Below, in pieces: positions 53,421 to 60,770 of a stretch of DNA of 64,000 nucleotides (its first letter is position 1; every line of letters starts with the position of its first letter). The notes under the pieces are model-generated. The model had not been told where the DNA came from. It searched no databases and was given only the letters and a program-made list of their open reading frames with translations. Source of the stretch: Dehalococcoidia bacterium (GTDB lineage Bacteria; Chloroflexota; Dehalococcoidia; Lucifugimonadales; UBA3495); assembly GCA_965220605.1 (NCBI GenBank), contig CBDCQM010000005.1, positions 729,565-793,564 on the forward strand. The letters run 5' to 3'. The position numbers were made by a program, and so were the translations under genes.

Positions 53421-53873
53421 CGTCCTCGTCGTCTCCTCAATCGCCGACGGAAAGCTGCAAGAGCCGTACCGCTCAAGTCGTAAGCCGTTATGACGAATGC
53501 GTCGCCTGTTCCCGGGCCTGGCACGTAGATAACCCGAAGATACCTGTCGGCAGCGGTTTGTCCTATGACTATTCGTGAGTCATTTCGTCCGGGTCTATCT
53601 TCGGCAGCTTCTTCTAGGGAGTGTCGTCAAATTGAGCAACCAGACACACCACAGCCTTATTTCCGTCATTCCGACGAAAGCCGGAATCCAGAAAATCCGG
53701 CTGCCGCATGACGGTTTGGCTACGGAAACCTCTGGATTCCGGCTTTCGCCGGAATGACGGGTTAATTTGACGACACCCCCTAAGGCTTCAATCGCTTCTG
53801 ATTCTTCGACCCCGTGACGGAAAATATGCGGCAGTCCCGTCTCGGGGTCGATGTAAAAGCGTATACCCGACAT
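53417..53873 (-). pseudogene. Toxin-like gene (BrnT/DUF497- or DUF4258-like) split by a MITE
   Basis: The 5' part 53873-53781 encodes MSGIRFYIDPETGLPHIFRHGVEESEAIEAL. The 3' part 53614-53417 encodes EEAAEDRPGRNDSRIVIGQTAADRYLRVIYVPGPGTGDAFVITAYDLSGTALAAFRRRLRRRRGR*. Deleting 53617-53780 plus one TA joins them in frame (96 aa). Confidence 0.6.
53617..53780. mobile_element. MITE, A-ended family, intact 164-bp copy flanked by TA, inside the toxin-like gene
   Basis: TA|gggagtgtcgtcaaattgag...gtcattccgacgaaagccggaatccag...ctggattccggctttcgccggaatgac...aatttgacgacaccccc|TA. Confidence 0.85.
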
Positions 53874-53891
53874 TCACGAATGAGAGACGGA

Positions 53892-54380
53892 TTACCGAAC
53901 CCTGGTCGGCTCCTCGTCCCATGGCCCGGGCAGGCGGCCCTTGGCCGTTGCGCCGATCATGTACCGGCCGTCTTCGTGGCCCCACTCATCAGCCGGCATC
54001 TCGTAGGAGACCTCGATGCCGTTTCCATCCGGGTCCCGGATGTAGATGCCCACGGCGTGGCCGTGGTCGGAGACCGACTCGATGGCGATGTCCCTTTCCT
54101 TGATGCGGTAGTAGAGTTCCTTGAGGTCGTCGAGGCTTTCCATGTACCAGGCCATGTGATTGAGGCCCACCTGCCCCTTCTGGGGGCCGGGAGCATCTTC
54201 GCCCACCTCGACGAGGGCGATTTCGTGGGAATTGCCCATATCGGCGGTCATGAAGGCAGCCCGGCCCGGCCTCACTCCGTAGGTATGAAGTCCCAGCAGG
54301 TCTTCATACCACTGGCGGGAACGCTCCGCGTTCCGGACGTAGATATTGATATGCCCCAGCTGTCTCGGCTTATAGCCCAT
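53892..54380 (-). CDS. VOC/glyoxalase-dioxygenase family protein
   Basis: LGHINIYVRNAERSRQWY...HEIALVE...LNHMAW...HAVGIYIRDPDGNGIEV. 162 aa from ATG 54380. Confidence 0.8.
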   Translation of the reverse strand: MGYKPRQLGHINIYVRNAERSRQWYEDLLGLHTYGVRPGRAAFMTADMGNSHEIALVEVGEDAPGPQKGQVGLNHMAWYMESLDDLKELYYRIKERDIAIESVSDHGHAVGIYIRDPDGNGIEVSYEMPADEWGHEDGRYMIGATAKGRLPGPWDEEPTRVR

Positions 54381-54570
54381 AGCTCCCTCCTCATCCGGGA
54401 ATGAACTGTGATTCGCCTGATTGCAATGATGACCGTGATGGGGCCGCCCCGTCAATCATTCAATCACAAGAATCGCCCCCGCCGGTCATGCTGAGCTTGT
54501 CCAAGCATCAGACAAGGGGTTGAAAGACTGATATTATTGTCCCAGACGCGCCATCGAAAGGAGGCCCGGC

Positions 54571-55362
54571 ATGGTCAGGTTAGGCGGCACGGCAACAATC
54601 GCCCACCTCGAGGTGTTCCAGGGTCTGGAGAAGCTGTTCCGTCGGCGTGGCATCGAAATGGACTGGGTGCTGTACTCCGACTACGACGTCATGGTGGACG
54701 CATTCGTCGCGGGCGACATCGACCTGGCCTGGAACGGACCTCTGGGCTACGTCAAGATCAAGCGGCTCCTCGATGAGCCGTGCCAGGTCATCGCCATGCG
54801 CGACGTGGACATCGGTTTCACCACCCATTTCATAGCCCGGACCGGCTCCGGGATTGAAACGGTGGAGGACCTGAAGGGACGCCGGTTCGCCTTCGGCCGG
54901 CGAGCGTCGGAACAGGCGGGGCTGGTCCCTTACTACCTGTTGAAGCAGGTCGGCATCAACCCAGGCAGCGATCTCGCCGTAGCCAGCTTTTTCGAGCAGC
55001 GGCAGTCGGCGACCCGTTCGGACGAGCGCGACGTGGTCGAACGCGTGGCCTCCGGCGAGTTTGATGCCGGGTCGGTCAGCCAGCGGACAATGGAAACGAT
55101 GGCCGAAGACGGCAGCCTGCCGCGGGACAACGTGCGCATTTTCTATTCCAGTCCCCCGTACAGCCACTGCTGTTTCACGGCGCAGCGAAACCTGGAGCCG
55201 TCCCTCGCCCGTGAAATCGAAGAGGCTTTCCTCTCGGTGACCGGCAACGACGAAGTTGAGGAGGCGGTGCTGAAGGGCGAGGCCTGCAGCAGCTTCGTGC
55301 CGGGCATAGACACAGGGTGGGAACTGATCGAAGCTGCGGCAGTGAGCGAGGGGCTGGTCTAG
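54571..55362 (+). CDS. PhnD/SsuA-like type 2 periplasmic-binding-fold protein without a recognisable signal peptide
   Basis: ...DIDLAWNGPLGYV..., ...VEDLKGRRFAFG...SEQAGLVPYYLL... resemble phosphonate-binding PhnD. No hydrophobic N-terminus and no adjacent ABC genes. Confidence 0.6.
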   Translation: MVRLGGTATIAHLEVFQGLEKLFRRRGIEMDWVLYSDYDVMVDAFVAGDIDLAWNGPLGYVKIKRLLDEPCQVIAMRDVDIGFTTHFIARTGSGIETVEDLKGRRFAFGRRASEQAGLVPYYLLKQVGINPGSDLAVASFFEQRQSATRSDERDVVERVASGEFDAGSVSQRTMETMAEDGSLPRDNVRIFYSSPPYSHCCFTAQRNLEPSLAREIEEAFLSVTGNDEVEEAVLKGEACSSFVPGIDTGWELIEAAAVSEGLV

Positions 55363-56309
55363 GTCTCGCTGTCGCCGCTGGAGGCATTGCGCAGGATGTC
55401 TTCCAGCATGTTGTCCAGCGCGGGGTCGAGTTCCACGGCCGGTTCGAAAGGCGTGTAGTTGAAATCGGTGCGCGCGCGGTCGATCAGTTCCTTCGCCGTC
55501 GGGTTGGTGCTGCCGATCTTCTCCAACGTGTCCCGCAATTCCTGGGATTCGGCTTCGCCCAGCGACCGAAGTTCCGACAAGTCGAAGTCCAGGCTGAAGA
55601 TCGAATTGATTCGCCGCATGATGTCGTAGAACGAGCGGTGATCCCGGCTAATGCCCACGGGATCATTGTTGGAGGTCAGGAACGGATACATAGGCGCCAT
55701 GGCCCCAAGGCGGAACATCTCCACTTCCGGGTGCTGGAAGTGCGCGACGGTGATGAGGGCCATGCCTATCGTCGGCCCATTCCTGCTATTGGAACCGTAG
55801 TTTGAAAACCGCACGCCCAGCTTGTCCATCTCGGGCTTCATGCTGGCCTGGCTGTAGATGCAGCTGACGCTCCGCTCCATATCGGGCGGCGCGGCCCCGT
55901 TGTAGCCTTCGACGGCAACGGTCTGGGAGACTCCCAGCTGCTTGACAGCCTGGAAGAACGCGTCGGCGTACACATCCAGCCGGAACCACGGCTCCTCGCC
56001 GAGAAAGATGACCAGACCGTTTCCGGCGTCGAAGAAATTGTTTTCGCGCCGCATGTTGGTGTCGGGCAGCCCTTCCCGGTAGGCCACCCGCGGCCGGTAG
56101 GTATCATGGGTGCCCGGGACCTGGAACGGATAACAGAGTTTGGCGATTTCGGGCCCCATTGATCCAATACGACGGGCCTGGAGCTTCTCGATCAGGTAAC
56201 GAGGCAGGCCGCTGGAGATCTCGCCTCCGTCGGACCACTGGCGACGCCAGCCGGCAATCAGATAACGGGCGTCGGGGATGGACTGCAAGTCCAGCAGTTC
56301 GTCAGCCAT
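55359..56309 (-). CDS. PAC2 (proteasome assembly chaperone 2-like) family protein
   Basis: 316 aa from ATG 56309 (AAGGAG upstream). MADELLDLQSIPDARYLIAGWRRQWSDGGEISSG... The family call is from memory. The track ORF extends into the MITE. Confidence 0.6.
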   Translation of the reverse strand: MADELLDLQSIPDARYLIAGWRRQWSDGGEISSGLPRYLIEKLQARRIGSMGPEIAKLCYPFQVPGTHDTYRPRVAYREGLPDTNMRRENNFFDAGNGLVIFLGEEPWFRLDVYADAFFQAVKQLGVSQTVAVEGYNGAAPPDMERSVSCIYSQASMKPEMDKLGVRFSNYGSNSRNGPTIGMALITVAHFQHPEVEMFRLGAMAPMYPFLTSNNDPVGISRDHRSFYDIMRRINSIFSLDFDLSELRSLGEAESQELRDTLEKIGSTNPTAKELIDRARTDFNYTPFEPAVELDPALDNMLEDILRNASSGDSET

Positions 56310-56407
56310 CTGCCAACACTCCTTTAGCCAAACGGGCATCACCTGGAAAGAATCAGTAACTGTAATTCTGCCAGACGACCCGCTACAGCGCAAATCCGGT
56401 GAGAGCG

Positions 56408-56987
56408 CAGGGCTATCGTATATGGCCCATTTAAGCGCCGTCATTCCGGCGAAAGCCGGAATCCAGAAAACGCTAGGGAGTGTCGTCAAACTTGCACGTC
56501 ATTCCGGCAAAAGCCGGAATCCAGAAAACGCTAGGGAGTGTCGTCAAACTTGCACGTCATTCCGGCGAAAGCCGGAATCCAGAAAACGCTAGGGAGTGTC
56601 GTCAAACTTGCACGTCATTCCGGCGAAAGCCGGAATCCAGAAAACGCTAGGGAGTGTCGTCAAACTTGCACGTCATTCCGGCGAAAGCCGGAATCCAGAA
56701 AACGCTAGGGAGTGTCGTCAAACTTACACGTCATTCCGGCGAAAGCCGGAATCCAGAAAACGCTAGGGAGTGTCGTCAAACTTACACGTCATTCCGGCAA
56801 AAGCCGGAATCCAGAAAACGCTAGGGAGTGTCGTCAAACTTGCACGTCATTCCGGCGAAAGCCGGAATCCAGGGATTTCCGTAGCCAAACCGTCATGCGG
56901 CAGCCGGATTTTCTGGATTCCGGCTTTCGCCGGAATGACGGAAATAAGGCTGTGGCGCGTCTGGTTACTCAATTTGACGACACTCCC
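56408..56987. repeat. Composite MITE: B-type left end, 8 tandem 58-bp hairpin units, A-type right end
   Basis: Hairpin starts at 56440, 56498, 56556, 56614, 56672, 56730, 56788 and 56846 (period exactly 58 bp). The unit is gtcattccggcgaaagccggaatccagaaaacgctagggagtgtcgtcaaacttgcac, with only 2 variable positions. Ends with ...aatttgacgacactccc|TA. Confidence 0.85.
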
Positions 56988-57021
56988 TAGGCACAGAGAA
57001 CGCAGCCGGAGGGCAACATCT

Positions 57022-57048
57022 CTGGATTCCGGCTTTCGCCGGAATGAC
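57022..57048. repeat. Solo copy of the hairpin core
   Basis: ctggattccggctttcgccggaatgac. Confidence 0.6.
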
Positions 57049-57111
57049 CATATTGTTAACCAATCAATTCGCCTATCAGTAAAAGACCCTGTCCCTCAGC
57101 CCGGCATAATT

Positions 57112-57146
57112 CCCCAAATTAAAGGGGCGCCCGTTTGGGCGCCCCT
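57112..57146 (-). terminator. Rho-independent terminator of the collagen-like gene
   Basis: Minus strand reads AGGGGCGCCC-aaac-GGGCGCCCCT followed by TTTAATTT. Confidence 0.6.
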
Positions 57147-57171
57147 ATGGGTGTGCCAAGGGTGCGTGGGG

Positions 57172-57993
57172 TTAGCTGGACTGGCGGCCTGCTATGAATG
57201 CGCCGCCTGCGGCTACCACGCCGACGATGGCGATGATCAGGGCCACGATGGCGAGGGCTCCGCCCCCACCGTCCGCGCCCGCAGCGCCGGCGGGACCGGC
57301 AGGACCGGTAGCGCCGTCAGCGCCAGCGGGACCGGCAGGACCAGCGGGGCCGGCAGGACCGGCTGCGCCGTCGGAACCATCGGAGCCGTCGGAACCGTCA
57401 GCGCCAGCGGGACCGGCAGGACCGCGAGCGCCGTCAGCGCCGGGTGCGCCGTCATGACCGTCGTGGCCATCCTCGCCAGCGGGGCCGGCAGGACCGGGCT
57501 CGCCCTGAGGACCGGGCTCTCCCTGAAGTCCGCGGGGACCGCGCATGGCCTGCTGGTCCTGCTGCGGCGTCCGGGTCGGCGGCACCATGCCCGTGGAAGC
57601 GTCCAGGTTGACCATGGCGTCCATGCCGCCAACGGTCATGACTTCGGCGGGGTCGGACATGGCGTCGTACTTCATGGTCTCGCCGTCCATCATCATGGAC
57701 AGCGCGAAGGTGACCATCTTTTCGCCGGAGTCGGGGACGATGAGGGTGAAGGAGCCGTCGGCCATGACGTCGGCCATGCCGATCTCCATCATCATCATCT
57801 CGCCCTCTTCACCCTCCTCTTCGACCATGGCCACGACCATGGTGCCGTCGGGCGGGGTCTCGCCATCCAGCATGGCCATGCCTTGGATCAGGCTGGGGAT
57901 GCCTGGTGGCTGCTGCGCGAGGGCCACCGACAGCGGCAGGGCCGCGAGCAGGGCGATCACGCTGAGCAGGGCCAGGACTCTGGTTTTGGTCAT
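57172..57993 (-). CDS. Met-rich, collagen-like (G-X-Y)n protein with a signal peptide and a C-terminal TM anchor
   Basis: Signal [26 protein letters not shown]. Head domain with about 21 Met in about 120 aa ([22 protein letters not shown]). About 30 uninterrupted G-X-Y triplets ([25 protein letters not shown]...). Tail [28 protein letters not shown]. Confidence 0.8.
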   Translation of the reverse strand: MTKTRVLALLSVIALLAALPLSVALAQQPPGIPSLIQGMAMLDGETPPDGTMVVAMVEEEGEEGEMMMMEIGMADVMADGSFTLIVPDSGEKMVTFALSMMMDGETMKYDAMSDPAEVMTVGGMDAMVNLDASTGMVPPTRTPQQDQQAMRGPRGLQGEPGPQGEPGPAGPAGEDGHDGHDGAPGADGARGPAGPAGADGSDGSDGSDGAAGPAGPAGPAGPAGADGATGPAGPAGAAGADGGGGALAIVALIIAIVGVVAAGGAFIAGRQSS

Positions 57994-58114
57994 TCCGTCC
58001 TCCTCATTTCATTCGCATTGGCGGGCGGAGAGTCCGCCCGCCCGGTCGGGATGGGGAAGCCGTCCCGGTTTGCGCCGGGGCGGCTTCCCGCCAGTTTCCA
58101 GGATTGTCCAGGCC

Positions 58115-60580
58115 CTACTGGACGGTGATCAGGCTCCAGCCTGCCAGGAGGTTCTGGCCTTGTACCTCGGCAGCTCCCTTCAGCTGGATCCAGATGATGT
58201 TTCCGCTCTCCAACGCCTCCAGGCTGTTGGCGGCCTCGAATCCGGGATCCGGATCGTAGAGGTACCACGACTGGTCGGTGTTGTCATAGAGGAAGATGCG
58301 GTCGAGCATATCAGCCTCGATCAGACCCGCGAACAGGTCCGCCGGGGCGCGGCTCACCGTCGCCGTAGCGATCTCCAGGAAGGTGGTGATGGTGGTCTGG
58401 CTCACCCGGACCGTAACGGTCTGGTTGCCGAGCTCGAGCTGGGGAACCAGGACGCTGGACGTAAAGTCGCCGTCTATCGAGGACGCGGGAGCCGGTACGG
58501 GCCGGACATCCACGCCGCCGATTTCCATCACTGCCACGGTGGCGAAGGCCGGGAAGTTCATGCCGCTGATGGTGATCATCTCACCGGACGACACGCTGTC
58601 CGTGCTCAGGCTCACCATGGCGCCCGGAGTCTCGTGGGTATCCTTGGCGGTTACGCTCGCGTAGACCCCAACCGAGGTGGCCTCTACATCGTGCGTTGAG
58701 CCGATCCTTGCGTAGCTGGGGACGACGAAGTCAATGCTGACCGCGCCGGAGGCGTCCGCGGAGCCGGCAGCAACGGTTACGAAGTTGTTGCCGTCTTCGT
58801 ACTTCACCTGCACCAGGTCGCCGGACGGGAAGCCGCTCCCGCTCACGTTAACGGTGGTGCCGCGGCGGCTGGTCTCCGGATCGACCGTGATGGTGGCCTT
58901 GGGGATCTCAATCGACCCTTCCGCCACGCGGCCGGACCCGGTAGCTGTGACCGAGATCGTCTTCTTGCCGGAGCCGATGCCGTCATCCTCATCGCTGGGA
59001 ACGTTAACGGCGATCACGACGTCGCCGGCGGAGTTGGCCGTGGCATTGACGTTTGCAGTCTGGTTTCCGATCTTGACGCTGCTGATGTTGTCGCCGGCAA
59101 CGAAGCCGCTGCCTTCGATGGTGATCTGCTGGCCGGGCACGACCATCGCCGGCTGGATGGTCAGCGAAAGAACGCCGACTGTCAGCGAGGCGGTGGCCGA
59201 CGGAGCGCTCATGTCGCCATCGCCGTCGGGGTCGGTGCCGGTTACCTTGACGGTCTGAGTCCCGCGGTTGGCGTCGGAGGGAATCATGACCTTGAACTCG
59301 GCAGCGCCGTCAGCGTTGGTGGAGACGGCTCCCGCGCTGGAGGTCACATCACTGGCCCCGACCGTAACCTTGGTGACCGAGTTGGATGCGGGCCAGTCGG
59401 AAAGGTTGATGGTCACTTCCTTGGACACGGGGGACTCTTCGGGAGACACCGTTGCCTTCGGGCTGACGGTGAACGACCCGGAGACGTCCTGGTCGTTGCC
59501 CGCTGCGTCCTGGGCAGTGATGGTGTTCGCCTGGTTGGCCTTGAAGGCCGACGAAGTGGTGTCGATCTCAAGGGTCCCGGTGTTGTCGGCGATTGTTACC
59601 TCGCCGTGCTTGGCGTCGTTCAGGTTGACCGTCGCCGATCCGTTGGCGAAGCCCTTGAAGGTGGCGGTGATCATCGTGCCGCGGGTGCCGCTGGTCTCGC
59701 TGAGGCTGATCACCCGATCGATGCTGGTATTCGCTTCCTTCTCGTCGCCGTCCGGGAAGTTCTCCTGCCATTCGACGGTCTTGGTGCCGCCGGAGGCCGC
59801 GTTCGTGACCCCGGCCGCCTGCTTGATCCTGATGGTGTAGGCGCCACTAACCGGGTTATTCTGCGGGTCTCCGTTAGCCCTTACATTCGGCACGGTCATG
59901 GTGACGTTGCTGCCGCTCACCACGACGTTGCTGGGGTTGCCTTTGTAGCTGCCGCTGGTAATGTCGATAGCGGAATCAGCGATGGTATCCGGCACACCGA
60001 AGGCCGACAGGTCCACCCTGATGTCCTCGTTGGGTTCGATGGCCGTTGCCGCGTTGGAGCTAATGGTTATCTGCACCGCAGCCCCGGGGGTCTGCGAGCT
60101 GAGCGCGATGGTCCCATCAACTCCGCCATTGCCGCCGGTGCTGGTCTCAGACACGGTTACCGTGTCGTCGCCCTCGATGGGTTGGGCGTCGCCCCCGGAC
60201 GCGAATGTGCCGCTGAAGGCTTCGGACTCGCCCGGTGTCATGGGAGCCGTAAGCGTGTAGCTAACGCTCGCCGACTGTCCAGCTGCAAGAATGAGGTATG
60301 ACACCCCGGTATTCCCCCGTTCCGTGAAATCCCCGGCAGAGGCCAAGGTGTAGCCCGAGGGATAGGTATCCTCAACTACCCCGCCTGCCGCGAAATTGGC
60401 CAGTTCGATGGTGACCGTTATTTCGCCCCCGGGCGCCACCGGGTTCGGGGTAATGCTCCTCATGGCGCTGTGATCATCCGCTTGTGCCACGGTGTAGACA
60501 CCCATCGCAAAGAGGGTGGCCAGCAACGTGGCTAGCAAGGCCAGGGCTATGCCTGTTTGCTTGCCGAGCTGTGCTTTCAT
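58115..60580 (-). CDS. 821-aa secreted surface protein with repeated Ig-like/IPT-TIG-like modules
   Basis: Signal/anchor IALALLATLLATLFAMGVYTVAQA. Recurrent units such as ITIEGSGFVAGDNISSVKIGNQTANV, VNVSGSGFPSGDLVQVKY and ITISGMNFPAFATVAVMEIGGVDV. ATG 60580 follows AAGGAGA. Confidence 0.7.
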   Translation of the reverse strand: MKAQLGKQTGIALALLATLLATLFAMGVYTVAQADDHSAMRSITPNPVAPGGEITVTIELANFAAGGVVEDTYPSGYTLASAGDFTERGNTGVSYLILAAGQSASVSYTLTAPMTPGESEAFSGTFASGGDAQPIEGDDTVTVSETSTGGNGGVDGTIALSSQTPGAAVQITISSNAATAIEPNEDIRVDLSAFGVPDTIADSAIDITSGSYKGNPSNVVVSGSNVTMTVPNVRANGDPQNNPVSGAYTIRIKQAAGVTNAASGGTKTVEWQENFPDGDEKEANTSIDRVISLSETSGTRGTMITATFKGFANGSATVNLNDAKHGEVTIADNTGTLEIDTTSSAFKANQANTITAQDAAGNDQDVSGSFTVSPKATVSPEESPVSKEVTINLSDWPASNSVTKVTVGASDVTSSAGAVSTNADGAAEFKVMIPSDANRGTQTVKVTGTDPDGDGDMSAPSATASLTVGVLSLTIQPAMVVPGQQITIEGSGFVAGDNISSVKIGNQTANVNATANSAGDVVIAVNVPSDEDDGIGSGKKTISVTATGSGRVAEGSIEIPKATITVDPETSRRGTTVNVSGSGFPSGDLVQVKYEDGNNFVTVAAGSADASGAVSIDFVVPSYARIGSTHDVEATSVGVYASVTAKDTHETPGAMVSLSTDSVSSGEMITISGMNFPAFATVAVMEIGGVDVRPVPAPASSIDGDFTSSVLVPQLELGNQTVTVRVSQTTITTFLEIATATVSRAPADLFAGLIEADMLDRIFLYDNTDQSWYLYDPDPGFEAANSLEALESGNIIWIQLKGAAEVQGQNLLAGWSLITVQ

Positions 60581-60729
60581 ATTCGTTAATTCTCCTTGAT
60601 GAACCTCGTTGAGGGTGCTGGACATTGAACTCTTCGCCCTTCGGCGGAAAACTCATTCACATAAGCCTCGTCCTCTTTCTGTCCCGATGGGATGAAGCCA
60701 TAAGGCAAATCACAACTCTCGTTTGCTGT

Positions 60730-60757
60730 GGGGCGCCGGAAAAGGTCCCGGCGCCCC
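60730..60757. terminator. GC-rich hairpin after the FN3 giant gene (terminator candidate)
   Basis: ggggcgccgg-aaaaggtc-ccggcgcccc. No clear U-tract. Confidence 0.4.
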
Positions 60758-60770
60758 GCGTTGGGCTGTG

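Noticed and set aside
56440-56903. Regularly spaced palindromic repeats that look like a CRISPR array
   Set aside because: The inter-hairpin segments are identical in every unit, so there are no unique spacers. The 58-bp unit is made of MITE parts. No cas genes or leader are nearby.
56770-58128. 452-aa plus-strand ORF, with smaller ORFs translating VIPAKAGIQ, IPAFAGMT and SFRRKPES peptides (for example 56712-56990, 22344-22655, 17480-18187, 53595-53873 in part)
   Set aside because: They read through MITE hairpin arrays and then antisense to the collagen-like gene. The peptides are simply translations of the repeat core.
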